Of a DNA stretch of 64,000 nucleotides, positions 1 through 14,408 are shown piece after piece. The DNA lies in contig CM097882.1 in assembly GCA_044892505.1 (NCBI GenBank), positions 203,546,001 through 203,610,000 of the forward strand. Direction: 5' to 3'. This stretch comes from Schmidtea nova (Eukaryota). The stretch's first letter is position 1. The number at the start of each line of letters is the position of its first letter. A program made the translations under genes and the position numbers. Under the pieces are notes generated by a model. That model saw only the letters and a program-made list of their open reading frames with translations. It ran no database searches and had not been told where the DNA came from.

Positions 1-2197
1 GATGTGAGAGAACGGACGGAGGTTTATCCACAAAATTGTTATTTTAAAATTTGTTTCCTTAAAGAATTATTATTTTTGTTTGTTGTTGTTCAAAATAAAT
101 CTTCTTTAAATATGAGGAACAAGCACAACTACAAAATTTGTGTGAAATTATATCGGTAAAGAATGACAACGATATCATTGAAAAGAAAAACGAGGATGAA
201 ACAATTTATTTGAGATTCATAATAAAAAACCACATATCAAAATTTTATATTACCAAGAGTCAAGTTGAATTAAATTTAATAACATTCTTGTACAGTTATA
301 ATAATTTTCATGCATTTAATTTAGGATAAAGATTCGGTAACATGTATAAGAAAAAAACAGTGTATATGAAAACATACTTAGGACGATGACAATGACAAAA
401 ATCTTAAGTGCTAAAGATGCTTGAACGAAATAGAATGTGCGAGATGACGAAAGTTGCAATAGCATGAGAATGAATAAGGCCTGATGTGACTCTCATGGGG
501 AATCGGATATAACAAAACAATCTCATAAACTCAACTAAAATAATATAATCTAACAATACCAATTTTAAAAAGTAAAACTAGTAACATTAAAATATTATTT
601 TGAGTAGAAATTGTCTTTCGTTATTAAATCAGACTTACCTAAATATTCATATCCAGAAAACAAAACCATAGTCCAAGAGAAGACAAATACATCCAAGCAA
701 GATGCGAAATCTTAAATTTAAAAATTAAATAGCAAGTAAATAATCAATAAAATGCTATCAGATCAGTCAAGCACGACCACATTGTTATAGTACTGATCAA
801 ACGATATTGTTCAATAACGCTATCAAGCGGGATGTTGCTACTGATAGTAACATTAACATTATATTGATAAAAATATTCTTTATAAAATATTTTATTGCTG
901 ATAATATAGTTGCATCATGGTGCAGATTCCTTGCTGGCAGAGGGGAAAAACATCATTTAGGAAGAAAAAGAAATCTTGATTTTTTGACATACATTCAAAT
1001 ATTGTCGTTTACTGCCTAAAGACGCACCTCACAATCACTAGCACCAAAGATTCTTGGAAATCATTCATAATTAGTCGCCTTATAAAGAAATTAGCCAGCC
1101 TCATCTAACGTTGAAATGAATTATTTACGAGTTCTGGTAATAGTGCTCACTTTTTGAGAGTATTTTGTCCAATAGTTACATTACCAACATTCCTTGTGAC
1201 GGGTAACTATTGGTTAAAACAATAGTTATTTGGTTACCATAGAATTACTTCCTGCTATGGTACAACAAGATATTTATAGAAAATCATAATTTTAATCTTA
1301 AAGACTTTTTAGTGTTGTTTTTGCTTAGTTATGTTTGAAAATTAGGGAATATTTTTTTTAATAACCATACGCGTATCATCGTTAGCATTAAGTCTATTTC
1401 TGGCCTTAATTTTTATATATGCGTAAGTGAAGAAAACACAAATACGTGAAAATAATGAAAATTTATTCAATAACATCATATTCATTTCTAAGACTTTTTT
1501 CACTTAAATTTATTTTACGAACATATTTAAAACTTTTTTAGTGGATGAAAACAAATTTTATTAACCGAGATAAAATTGTAAATTTACATTTTTAGTTTAC
1601 TAGCTTCACTTAAATTTAAATGTAAATTTGTAAAATTACAACTTCGCACTTAAATTTTAAATTTTAATGCGATATTCAACGCGATTTTAAATGTCATACT
1701 AGTATCGAGCTTTTTCGGATCTCATTAGTGCCATGTTAGAAATACAATCCCATCTAGAATCCTTTCCATTGACTTTATGATAAGATTTTATAATTTGGTC
1801 ACTCCGCCTACAAGCCACATAAAATATCACACTTTTATATCTGTTAGATACAAGACAAATTACTTACAATGTAAAGATAAACGTAAAGAAATGGAAAATA
1901 CACATTGACGCTGAATGCAGGCAATTATTAGTGATTCGAATTTATAATGTATTTTATTTTAGAAAACTGTATATTGGAAAAAGATTTTATTTGATTTTGT
2001 TAATGGTTTTTATTTTATTTTATATATTTGAAAATATTTTAATATTTTAATTCAAAGAAATAAATAATAATAATAAAAATAAATTTTTAAATTTTGTTTA
2101 AATAAATTATATTTATAACCTACAAATTCAGCTAAATAAAATCATATTTTCAATTCTAAGGTTAAAAAACAATTTCGTTATGAAAAGATTTATTTTT

Positions 2198-2285
2198 TTA
2201 ATCAACTCAAGTGGAACAATAACAAAAAGTGCTTTAAAAATGAGTATTTAAACTGACTGATTTTTCAATCAAATAACCTCATAAA
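2198..2285 (+). repeat. Dispersed repeat with an inverted copy at ~47272-47365
   Basis: Shared AATCAACTCAA...AAGTGC(T/C)TTAAAA...TAAACTGACTGATTTTTCA(A/G)TCAAAT(A/C)ACCTCA. Confidence 0.7.
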
Positions 2286-3488
2286 ATCTTGACTTAAGAA
2301 GAACTTTACGTGTGTAAATAAACTTAGCAAGGAAATTTCGAGTATACAGATTACATAACCAAGCTCAGGTAACTGCAATTAGGGATATAAATCAAATTAC
2401 ACGTAATATAGAAAAACTATACACAATTTCTCTAATTATTAGGTCTCGGTAAATATTTATTTGTGTATATACTAAATTGTTATTTAACAAATTTTTTCTC
2501 GAACTAAAAACGATGTGATTCTTCAATTAAATTTGTCATCTATTACATTTTTAAATTTCATTGAAAAATAAAATTATGAAATAAATTAAACATTAGTTGT
2601 ATATGGGGAAATTGTAAAATCAAAACAGTGGAAATATTTTCTCTTCCATTTTATCCGTTTTAATAATCTCTATCGATCTAGCAGTTTAACACTAAAACAA
2701 AAAATCAAAACAAGTAATGTTTATTTCATAAGAAACAGAATATATAAAACCGATATCATTCCCCACCCATTTACATTTAATTGTTTGTAAATTTCATTTT
2801 CAAGGAAAAGTACATAAAATATTGATGAAATACAGTTTCCTGAACAAGGTGTTTATACCAGATAAGTAAGGAAACCTCCTAATAAAATGTATAAATTATT
2901 AAAATAAATCAGCTTATTTATATCAAAAACTTTTATGTACAAAAAAAACGAACAAGTTTGGACGAATTTTTCTTCTTAATTTACATACTTCATTTTCTTC
3001 TTCTTAATATTTATTGATTTTTTAAAATATACAACTTTTTTTCTTAAATAGCCCAAAGTGTACAAGCATAACCAACTTACCAGATATAGAAAATTTACTT
3101 ACAAAAAAATGTAAAAATATTTCTTTTTTTCATTTTAAATTATTTATAAAATGTTTTTAAAAACTAAATTTAAATTTAGTTATCTTTTAGTTTTACTTTT
3201 GATCTATTTTCTTTTAATTCAATAATTTTCATATTAATATTTTAAAACTATAACATAAACACAATATTTACATAATAAATAGCATAATTTATGCCGAAAA
3301 TACTGATTTTTCTTATTATGGTGCACTAAGTCACAAATTAAATAATTAAATTAAAAAAGTTATCCACTCATTTATACATACAACTGGACACTACAACTAG
3401 TTACAAAAAATATTAACGAAACACAAACTAGTTCACTTCTGTTCATGTTAACCTTGAGCGTGGAAAATACGAGCGAATACATGCAACA

Positions 3489-3492
<4 letters not shown>

Positions 3493-3570
<78 letters not shown>
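3493..3570. repeat. (TA)39 microsatellite
   Basis: Seen directly. Confidence 0.98.
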
Positions 3571-3574
<4 letters not shown>

Positions 3575-4339
3575 CAATCATGATTTTAGAAATATTTTTT
3601 GTATGTAAAATTCATCTGACTATCAATCTATCATAAACAGAAAAGCTTCTAGCCTCTTCCTTGACTGCATAGATAGCACATTTATTAATAATTTAAATCA
3701 GCTATGTATGACATTCGTTTAGTCAAGGGTTAATGATTCTTTTTTATTTTATGTAAACAAATTTTATTTATCTTACTTGATATTTTAACTAGATATATTT
3801 ACTACAAATGCGGGGCGCGCAAGGTATTTGAGTGCATATCATTTTCTTGTTATAGTCGCATTTTAGTAAATCTTTAGAGACGTACAATAATAACAGCAGA
3901 CACTCATAAATGAAGACAAGCAGTAATTTTGTGTTTAAAGTCTGAGCATGGTGATTTGAAAATATTTTGCTTTTTAAAAGACGTCAAACCTTTTGTTTAC
4001 AAAATTAGAGACTGAAGATGAAAGCGTATCACAAGTATGAAAGCGCAAAATACATTCCAAAATCTCTGAAATCATCAGAATACTTGAATTGATACGATAG
4101 GTTTACAGACCATTGATGACAGTACAGGAAATGCATAAGGCCACTTGCAACAATTCCAGGTTTCATAAGAAACAGTCAAAAATGTTGTCAATGAAAATAT
4201 AAAATATAGTCTAATGTAACTTAGATGGGACAATTTATGTCAAAAAAAGCAAAAGAAAATTACTTCATCAGATTTAAAAAGCTCTAATACAAACTTAAAA
4301 ATCCAACAAATTATGTTATTTGGTCTTTCAGCAAATTTA

Positions 4340-5440
4340 TTACCTCTTTCCTAAAAAATCATTGAAGATGAAGGTTATTGTTTTTGCAACATCCTCATTG
4401 TAGTTGAGACAAGCTTAGCTTCGAAGAATATATCAGCTGCCACTGGAAACAAACCTTCTAAAAATTTGTTTAAGCTGTTATTTTGTTAAAACTTAGCTGT
4501 TAATTTGAATCCAATGGTAATTCAGTGAACAGAAAGTCCTAGGGCGTTGAAGGAAAAAGATTAAAAAATGTTTTAGTCATTTTAAAGTCAAATTCTCAGA
4601 TTTGTGCTTCTGCAGATATTTGTATTCCAACTGTTTGGCAGCATTGTATTGAGATAAATTTAGTATTTAAAGCATTATTACTCTTAGACAATGCTTCTGG
4701 ACATCCAAAATCCCTGAAGAATTTATATTTTCGGAAATGAATGGTATGTTTCTTCCTCCCAATACTTCAAGAAAAATATAGCCCATGTACCAAACAGTGG
4801 TAGCTTTTTTAGGCCTTATTATATAAGTAGGGTAATGAATCAAGCAACCAAGGCAATTGACAAGGAATGAGAGCCTATATTAAGACTTTTGAAAAACTTT
4901 TAATTTATAAATGAAATAAATACAATTGGGGTCTCGTGGGATGAAATGAAAGAGTCAACAATGAAATATTCCTGGAAAAAATATTTTCACAAATGACGAA
5001 TTGTTCTGTCAACTTTGAAGAAACTCTTGAAACTATCACAACTAAAATAGTCAGTATAATGAACGAAATGAACTATGAGGTCAACAACGAAGATGAGTTA
5101 CAACAAGTTCTGTCAGAACTTTAGTCACTTAAAAAATACGATTATCTACAAGGGATAAAGACAAGTAAAAGGAGAACATAATGATGATGAACTATCATTG
5201 AAGAACGCGATCTCAGTGGAGAGCGTATATCTTATGTACGAAGGACCACAGGAAAAGACACAGCTTGCAATAAAGTTCTACCAATACAGTGTTATTTATT
5301 TATATGCCAATACACCTAATTTTAATATAAATGCTTTAATAACGTTTTTCCATGTTTTTTATCCATTGCTGTACTTTCAAGCATTAGAGGAATCAATTTG
5401 GTACGAAATTCTAGGAATAAACCGCAATGTTTTGTTTTAC
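4340..5440 (+). mobile_element. Tigger/pogo-family transposase relic
   Basis: Remnants ESPRALK, KALLLLDNASGHP (~4670), FLPPNTS..I*PMYQ, WDEMKESTMKYSWKK; many stops. Confidence 0.8.
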
Positions 5441-8400
5441 TGAACTCAATTATCACAGCTCGTTAGTAAATATCAAAATAAAAGAAAAATGCAAATCTTT
5501 TAAAAATAATCTTTAATTTAAATTTCTCTCTCTTTTCTTTCATTTTTATACATAAAAATGCCATTAAAATCTCATAAAATTTCGAAAAAAAAAATAAAAA
5601 ATTTCACCAAAAATATAATTTAATTCCAAAAAATAATCTGAAACAACTGAATAACTTTTTATGAATGCAATTTCTTCTAATTAATTAATTATTCAAATCA
5701 GAATTTTTTTTTTATCTCAGAGAATATTTTTTTTATTTGGTAAATCAAATCTAAATTTATCAATTAATCAGATTTGAATAAAACAAAACCTGAAAGAAAA
5801 GCAGATAAAAATGTCAAAATAAAAATACGAAAAAGTTTTTCGTTTCATTGAGAATTTACTTTGATTAATTTTATTATTTTGAATTTATTTCTCCCTGAAT
5901 AATAAAATTAAAACAAAAAATGAAAATCTAGTCGTTATCGATTAATTATTGGCCATATTGTTTGATTATTGGAAACTGTCAAGATAATCGATTGTTACAA
6001 TAATTAGTTTAAAACAAAATGATAATTTCTTACTTAATCAAATCTACCATCGGCAACGGATTAATCTTTTCAAGTTCATTTTTCAATTAATTATTGAAAA
6101 TATTTTATGAAAAAAATCAAAAAAATTGTTAATTTTATTTATCATATTTTGTTTTAATTGTTTACGAATTTTTTTCGACTAAATTTTGTTGATACTTAAA
6201 CTATTTAAACTAAGCTATCGCCTTATTGAGGAGTGTATGAATGTCGGTGGGATTGAACTGCAAAATCTAACTCCACTTGTTCTTGATCAATAAGAATAAT
6301 CACTCAACACAATAACTTATGATCATTACTACAAATTACACTCGTTCAAATTATTGCTGATCCAAATGTTTTACTGAATAATAGGGGCAGATGACCCTAA
6401 TGGAAACTGTCTTAAGCAGAAAAACGAATCTGACCAACTGTACAAAATATCTCTTTGCTTTTTCGTTTTCAGATTCTTTTTACTTGAACTTCTCGTTTTG
6501 TATTCGACCAGAATAGTAATTTTCAAATTTTTCCGTTTCTTTCAACATTTTGCTATCTTGAATTAACATGCAATTCAATTCCCTAAAAAGCTGAAATAAA
6601 TTTAATTTCTTTTATTTCGGCTTGACAGGTTGACATTTCGGTTGTCAAGCTTGGAGATTAAATTAAGTTTCTTTCAAATAATTAATTAATTTGTATTTTT
6701 TGATTAAGAGGTATAAAGATCTATAAGTACACCTTATAGCACTGAATACCACTTTCTATAATATAAAATTAAAATAATACACTTGAGTGTGACACATCCA
6801 AGGCTATTACTAATAATTTTTTAAATTTTAGGTATTAGTCATTTAAACAGACTTCCAAGTAATTTAATTTATAATAATAACTTTTAAGGCGTTTATTTTG
6901 ATCTCATAATGAAAAGGTCATCTATTATCTTTTTATAAATTCAATGCCTTTACAAAATCCAAGTCGGGAAAATTGACGATATTGATAGAAGAAATATGTC
7001 AGAAATTTGATAATCAATAAAGAAATGATTATATTTTACTTATATGAATTAATATAAAATTTGAAATTTGGATAATCTAGTTGAGAATTCGAAATACAGT
7101 ATAAAGATAATATTTCAAGGATTTAAATAATGTAATGATATAGTTAAACCATTACGGAAGATAATCGAAACAAGTATTTGTGAATAAATAAAAAAATGAT
7201 ATTTAGTCATTTAATTATTTATGTATTTATATTTTTTATTAAAAAGTATTAAATTGTTAATTTTTTACTATAAATATTTAAATAATTCAAATAATATTTT
7301 ATTTAAATTTTCCTGTAATTTGAATTCGAGTAATCCACTATTAAAATAATAAAATACAAGTATTAATTTTTTACAATAAATAATTATTAATTTGTTTAAC
7401 AATAAATAGAAAGATGTTTATTTAATAAGCAAAGTCTTTCATTTTGTATTTTCCCTTATATTTTCTCATAATTTCTTTCTTGTTTTTACCATTTTTTATT
7501 AAATTTTCATTAAATTGCCAAAAATTTTTAATAATTATGATTTTGTCATATTTACCATATCCATTTTGAAATCCAAATCGACCTTGTTGTTGCTGTTGCT
7601 TTTTTTGCTGATATTCATATTGTTTTTCATTATAATATAAAAATTAATAGAAATTATTTTAAAAATTTGATAATGAAAATTTCACTTACTAAATTTGTAT
7701 TGTAAAATATGATTTTCTTATTGATTATGAGTTTTTTCTCTTTACATACTTTATTATTACGTGATACACAACACGCCAATAAAACCATGAACACACACGT
7801 GTTTGAAATTACAGTAAGAAAATAATTAGGTCAGCATCGTGTCTAAATAGTTTCAAAAAATTAAGAAGGATGCTATAAATCTCTTTATCCCCTAAAGCTG
7901 TTTACTTTTGTAATTTATCTTCCTAAGTAAAGTGTACATTCTTCCAAACAAAAGTTTCGGTATCATAAATATATTTTATTTTCACTTTTGATTTCTTCAT
8001 TTCTGTTTCAGAAATTTTATTTTTTTTATTAAAACTATAGATCAAAATAATTTTTAAAATTACACGAATTTTCGGCAGTCTTTTAAAGACACGCTTAAAA
8101 TGACAGTTCCAAAAATTAGTGTAACTTTGAAAAATATTTTGATTAAAAGTCCGTATAAAACAAATTTTTTTTTATTTAAAAATATTAAAAGATAAAAATT
8201 ATTTAAAAATTATATATTCTGCTGATTGAGAATTTCAGTTGAAATTTATTTAAATTAATTCGACAATTTTGACAGAAAAATTTTGTAGAAATTCATAAAA
8301 GATAAATAATCTCAAATTTGGGAACTTAATAAGAAAATAAAACATGTCACGTTGCTTTCTCCAAATATCATGTTTCGATTGAAACAACTAGTGAAAATAA

Positions 8401-8824
8401 TTTATCTTATTGACATTCGTTTCCTAAAAAATTTATTTATATATTAAAAAAAATTAAACCGAGAAATTTTTTTAAAAATATTGATTCATAAAAATTTGAG
8501 TTTGATCACATAAATAAAAACAAATTTTAATAATTTCATTTAAATTACAAAATATTTGAAATTAAATATTAAAATTTCAGATGTTTTCATATTATGACAT
8601 TGGATGTCAAGTCGTGTTTTAAAGAATTACTTTGAGGTTGGCTTTTAATTAAAATCTGCTTACTTTATCTCGGACTTTTTATGCTCAAAACTACTTAATC
8701 CTTTGAGCGCTGAGTTGTGGGATGTTTAGCAAAGTTTATTTGAGCAGTGCAAAAGCCTTAACAAAACTATTTATTTCATTAAACAATAATAACATAAACA
8801 TCATAAAAAATAGTAAATTGTGAC

Positions 8825-9410
8825 TTGAATGGTTGTGTGAATACACATATGCGTTCAAAGCCCGTGGTGAAGGATTTTGCCGAACGCAAAAGTCAGAGTG
8901 AAACTGCTACACAGACTGATCATTCCAAAGGAACTATTAACTACTTCCTGAGGAAGTACCGCCAGGAGCAGACACGTGTCAGCAAGCAACGTTCAGATCG
9001 ACCTAAACTTCTGAGAATCCGTACACAACGGCAAATGAAACGACTTGTGGTGGCTCATCGTCGGTTCCCCTTGTCCAAGTTAGTGTCCACATTTAAGTCT
9101 TTGTAGACGAGTTTGCAAAAGGATTCCCATTGCCCGTAATGCCCTCGAACTGGAAACGCATCTGAATGAGGAAGGGTCACACATCTCCCCTGATTTCATG
9201 GTAAAATCGGTCGATACAATGCCTAAACGAGTGCGCCCTGTTATCCAGATGAAAGGTAATATAACGAGTACTAACTCTCTCAGCACTACTGACATTCAGT
9301 ATTTGTGTGTGTTTGTGACATTTGTTCCCATTGTTGTTCATTATAAACTGTTCATTATAAACTACAATATGTAATTAACTACCTGACTGGAGACTTTTGG
9401 TAGGCCAGGG
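8825..9410 (+). mobile_element. Internally deleted Tc1-like relic
   Basis: N-terminal HTH (KSQSETA...GTINYFLRKY...RSDRPK) joined to a C-terminal tail (VDTMPKRVRPVIQMKG); candidate right terminus ...GGCCAGGG followed by TA at 9411. Confidence 0.75.
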
Positions 9411-10241
9411 TATGTGTTTATAGCACTCAAATGGTCTAGCAACTAATGTCAACTATATTTACACTCACTTTTTTCAATTTCTCATTAAATTCCAGTAACA
9501 ATTATTTAATCATCAATTTATTATTATGTAAATTCATTAATTTTTTTAATCATAAATTGCTTTTTTCATTAATTAATAAATTTTACTCATTCTGTTTCTC
9601 AATTTACAAATTCTTTTTCTAAAATTAACATCTCAACAATTGGTCTAAAATATTTGTCGAGGTCTTTTCCATACCATTGCTAAATTTTAAACGTTCTTTT
9701 TAAAATCTTTATAAATCTCTTCAAAATCTCTTCGAAATTATTATTTTGATTAGTATGTGTCTCCATTATTTTTTATGTACTTCAATTTAAGGTCATGTTT
9801 TTCACTTAAAGTAACGTTGAAGACACTATAAAGTCACTAGGTAAGGTAAAGCTCTAATTAAGGACACTTGGATGAAAATTTAAGAGCAGGTGTATGGTTT
9901 GATGTCATTTTAGGGTCACAGGAGTAGGACAAAGTTGAATTAAGGTCATTTAGAGATTATTTTTTAGAGTTGATTTAAGGTCAAATAAACTAAGTCGTAT
10001 ATGAAAAAATATATAGTGCATTTTAAGGTTATTTGAAAAAAAAGTTCGTTTTACGGTCGAATATATATATTTATATATATTAAAAACTAAATAGAATATA
10101 TAACAAATATGTAAATGAACTCAAGTTTAAGTAAATTTTATGAAAATAATCAAGTTTTAATTTTTTCTAAAAACTTTTTCTAAAGTCAAAATAATAGTAA
10201 TTATTTTTATCATTATTAATATTATTAATATTTTTATTTAA

Positions 10242-10455
10242 CCTTCGATTTCTTTTTATTTAAATCAATAATTTTCATATTAATAATGGTATGACTGTAA
10301 ATCAAAAATCATTTGGTTGTTGGGTACACGTATTTTCAGAACAGTCCTTTTCAAATATGTACTTGATAAAGGCTGTGCCGAAATCTCGTGTACCTAACAA
10401 CCGAAATATTTTTTGATCTAGTCATACAATTATCAATATGAAAATTATTTATTTA
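10242..10455. mobile_element. Foldback MITE family copy
   Basis: Inner arms TCAAAAATCATTTGGTTGTTGGGTACACG...TCAA / TTGATAAAGG...GTACCTAACAACC...TTTGA; same family as 25925. Confidence 0.7.
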
Positions 10456-10578
10456 AATTATTTTTATTATTTTTTGATTATTATTTTTACAATTATTATT
10501 TTTATAATTATTCATATTTTATCATTATAATTTTTTAAATATTAATTTTATAATTATAATTTTTATTTTTATTGTTTT

Positions 10579-10689
10579 TGTTATATATATTAAATCAATC
10601 TTTAATTTAAAGTTGTTTTAATAACTAAAATTTTATGTTTAATAAATATTTGAATTTAACTAGTTTCTAGTATTCAGTACTTCATAACA
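10579..10689 (+). repeat. 5' LTR of the Mag-like element
   Basis: Identical by eye over 111 bp to 14409-14519; TG start, CA end. Confidence 0.95.
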
Positions 10690-13600
10690 ATGGCGTCACA
10701 GCACAGATTAGAAGAAATAAACCTGCAATGCGCAGAAGAAGCCAAATGCTGGCTCCTAGCATTTTCAGCTATATCGAGATGCAACCTGTCAACATCAGAA
10801 GTCAGTGGCAAAATTTCGACAATCAATTTCATGGCCAGTTGCGGAATTAAAGCCTTAATGAAAACTCAGACAATTGTGGAACCCGAGAAGATTGAAGATA
10901 TGGAATTCGAGAAAATTCACAAAGCCGTGTTGCAATTACTTGAACCAAAAAGAAGACTGGTTATTGCGGAGAGAACAAAGTTCTATATGACAAAGCAAAT
11001 AACCAACGAATCAATAGCCGATTTTGTCAGAAGGCTAAAGACAAAGGCACGATTCTGTGTATTCGAGCAGTTAAAGAATGTAATCGACCCTACAGAGCAG
11101 ATGTTAAAAATAGCAGTATTGACAGGAATTCGGGACAAAGCAACACAAGAGAAGGTTCTCATACAATGTCAGGACAATTGCAAATCAATTAACGAGAGCC
11201 AGAACATTATTCAGAACATAGAACAAATACAATTATTCATCAAAGGCGAAGAAAACATTACAGAAAATGTAGGAGATAAAGAATTCAAGATAAACTTTTC
11301 AAAGCAAAAGTCAACCCATGAAACTGTTACAAACTGCAAGTTTTGCGGATCGAATCACAAGAAAAGACAATGTCCAGCATTCAATAAAGAATGCAAACTA
11401 TGAGGAAAAAGAAACCATCTGGCAAAAGTGTGCCGATCGACCCAGCTCTCAAAAGAAACTAAGGTAATGAATTATAAATCTGATAACGAGGAGGAGTGTG
11501 GCATATATCATGTCGAGACAGTAAATCAAGTTGGGGATAATATAGAGACGTACACAATCAAGTCAGTACCGGTAAAAATGCAATTGGATACAAAAGCCAC
11601 TGTATCAATAATATCGACATCAATATGGGAGTACTTAGACAAACCCAAACTAAAGAAAACAACGAAGACTCTAGAAGCATATAACGGTTATGTACTGAAA
11701 TCAACCCGTAAGTTCAACACTACCATCGAAACGAAATCAAAGATATATGCGATCGAGTTAATAGTAGTACAATCTACGAAAGAATTTGGCCTGTTGGGCC
11801 AGGACATTCTTTCGATCTTAAATGAAATGGAATTATCAATAAATCAAATCTCAAATGAAAAACACCCATCCGAAATTCTCCCGTCGATAAAGAGAATAAA
11901 AGCGTCAATGACACTAATCGAGAACTCGAAAGACGTATTTTGTCGAGCACGCCCGATACCCTTAGCATTAGAAAGCAAGGTGAACGATGAACTAACCCGA
12001 TTAGAGAAGATAAGAATAATTAGTCCATGCACAACCCCGGTTACAAATGCCTCGCCGGTGATTTAGATAAAGAAGAGAAATGGGGAGTTAAGAATGTGTG
12101 TAGACTTCAAGGTGCATGTAAATGAGAGAATCAAATTATGTGCCTACCCTCTCCCGAATATTGAGACCATCTTCGCCAAATTAAAGAATGCCAAGGTCTT
12201 TGCAAAGTTAGATTTAACTTCAGCTTACTGGCAAATCGAGCTAGACGAATAAGCAAAGAAATTATCGGTCATAAACACGAACAAAGGCGTGTACGAAGTA
12301 AACAGACTGCAGATTGGAATGTAGAATGCATCAACAATCTTCCAGAGCACAATGGAAAACATCCTAGCAGACATTAAAGGATTGTTAATTTACCAAGATG
12401 GCATCTTAATCTTTGCAGAAAACAACGAAGCGCTGAGAAAAAGATTGAATGCGGTCATATCAAGGCTAAAAGAAAAAAAGTCACAGTGAATGAAAGTAAG
12501 TCTATCCTACATTCAAAAGTGATTACGTTTTTAGGCTTCAAAATATCCGAAAAAGGAATCGAACCAGATGATAGAGTTGTATCGAAAATACGTGAGATAC
12601 AGACACTGGGAAACAGAAAAAAAGTGGAAAGCTTTGTCGGATTAATCAATTATTTCGGCAGATTTAATTCCACAATTTGCAATGAAAATACGTCCGATAA
12701 ACGAGTTAAGGAAATCAAAGTGTGGTGCCTTCCAATGGACCAAGGCATGCCAGTCGGCGTTTGAGGAATTAAAAAAGGAGATATCGAAGTCACCAATAGT
12801 TAAACCGTACGACCTAGAAAAAGAAGTAACATTAATTACAGATGCATCCAAAACCGCTATAGCTGCCATACTTACACAAGAGGGCTCACCAGTAATATAT
12901 GTATCGAGGACATTATCTCCGGCAGAAAGGAACTATTTCAACATAGAGTGCGAAGCATTAGCGATTGTATGGTCAGTGATTCGTCTGAAGCAGTTGGTCT
13001 TGGGAAGAAAATTTGACATCGAAACTGATCACAAACCACTGCAATATCTGTTTGGCAAGAAAAGTGCTATTCCCAGTACTACATCAGTAAGAGTGACGAA
13101 ATGGGCATTATTATTGATGCAGTATGATTATTCAATTTCATACCTAAGAGGGAAAGATATCCCACATGTCGATGCCCTGTCCCGAATGAAATATGTAAAA
13201 AAAGACATTAGAGATGAAGAAGAAGTAATAGCAGAGACTATCTTACATTCAATGACCGTCCAATTCAGAAAATGTATTTTAAATGAGGACAAAATCAGAG
13301 AAGAACTGAGCAAAGACAAATTCATGCAAAAAATCATGAAACGAGTGACAAATGGAAAATGGTCGTCGTGCTCCGAAGCCGAGAAGCCATTCGCAAGAGC
13401 ATCAAAAAGGTTGACTATTGAAGACAATATGCTATACTATGGGACACGAATTTTTATCCCTACAAGACTCAGGCGAGAAGTGTTTGAATTAGCGCACGAC
13501 AAAATACACTCTGGCACCAAGTCATCTACTAAAAGAATATCCATTTCCGCATGGTGGCCTGGTATGCACGGTGACATTGAAAAGAGAGTCAGTGAATGTT

Positions 13601-14400
13601 CAGTTTGCAACCGACTTCGCCCGTCAATTGTAAAAACAGTCGATAAGTGGCCTATAGCAAAACCATTTGAAAGAATACATATAGATTGGGCTCATGCTGC
13701 TGAAGTAGGAAACATTCTAATTATTGTTGATTCAGGCTCCGAATGGATAGAAGCATTCAGAACACGGAATCGCTTATCCGAGACAGTCATAGAATGTTTG
13801 CGAACAGTATTTTGTCGCTTTGGTGTTCGCAAAACATTAGTATCTGATAATGCCCCCGAATTCACGTCAAACGATGTTTTGAGATGGTTAAGCCTCCAAG
13901 GCATTCGGAAGATTGAAAGCCCACCATACTTCCCAATGGCGAACGGAAGTGCAGAGAGAGCTGTCCAGGTGATTAAGAAGGCCATACGGTGTTGGAAACT
14001 AACGCAAACTCACCAGCCCTTCACATCGTACTTACAAAAGGTACTATTCCACCATAGAGTAGGCACAGACTCAAAAGGCAAATCGCCGTCGGAAATAATA
14101 TTCGGACGACAAATAAGGGTGCCGATCTCCTCAAATTTCAAACATGGAGAAAAGATAACATACAAACAAACACCGGAAAAAGAATCCCAAGAAGCCATAT
14201 TCTTAATGCCGAAGGGAAACAACACCTCATGGATTATAAAACTGGGAGAAACAAACCTAACTTTAACAAGCAACAATCAAATTGTAGAAGATAGAAGCTC
14301 ACGGAATAAAAGTCCGATAGTAGACACCTTGGTCGTTGATACCAAGGGCAGACCCGACAGGAACAGAAAACCACCAGGCCGATTTGGGGACTGGATTTGA
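10690..14400 (+). pseudogene. gag-pol of the Mag-like element, with premature stops and frameshifts
   Basis: TGA at 11401 inside a knuckle, TAG at 12064, two more in-frame stops in RT (~12250, ~12322), frameshifts near 12480 and 12670; PR motif DTKA and RT motif YQDG instead of DTGA and YxDD. Confidence 0.9.
10691..10701 (+). promoter_or_regulatory. Primer binding site (TGGCGTCACAG) overlapping the gag start codon
   Basis: TGG complementary to tRNA CCA, 1 nt after the LTR; the ATG at 10690 reads ATG GCG TCA CAG; tRNA-Ser is my tentative guess for the primer. Confidence 0.75.
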
Positions 14401-14408
14401 GAAGGAGA

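Noticed and set aside
138-520. Possible decayed retroviral-type protease region
   Set aside because: No D(T/S)G motif; similarity too weak to call
3452-3729. piggyBac-like MITE (TTAA...CCTTGA / TCAAGGG...TTAA) around the TA tract
   Set aside because: Only 6 bp of inverted match; compatible with chance
7430-7650. ~75-codon Q-rich open frame on the minus strand
   Set aside because: No start or convincing acceptor and no recognisable domain; low complexity
9580-9770. DLDKYFRPIVEML resembling a CACTA-type transposase motif (minus strand)
   Set aside because: Single short motif with stops on both sides; no supporting termini
12064-12066. APOBEC-like G-to-A hypermutation as the cause of the Gypsy stops
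   Set aside because: Stops include apparent AAG>TAG and TGY>TGA changes; TGG>TAG is a common nonsense change anyway
11774-14276. Antisense ORFs over the Gypsy pol (also 43282-45212 + and 48795-50632 -)
   Set aside because: Shadow frames of retroelement coding strands with no independent motifs
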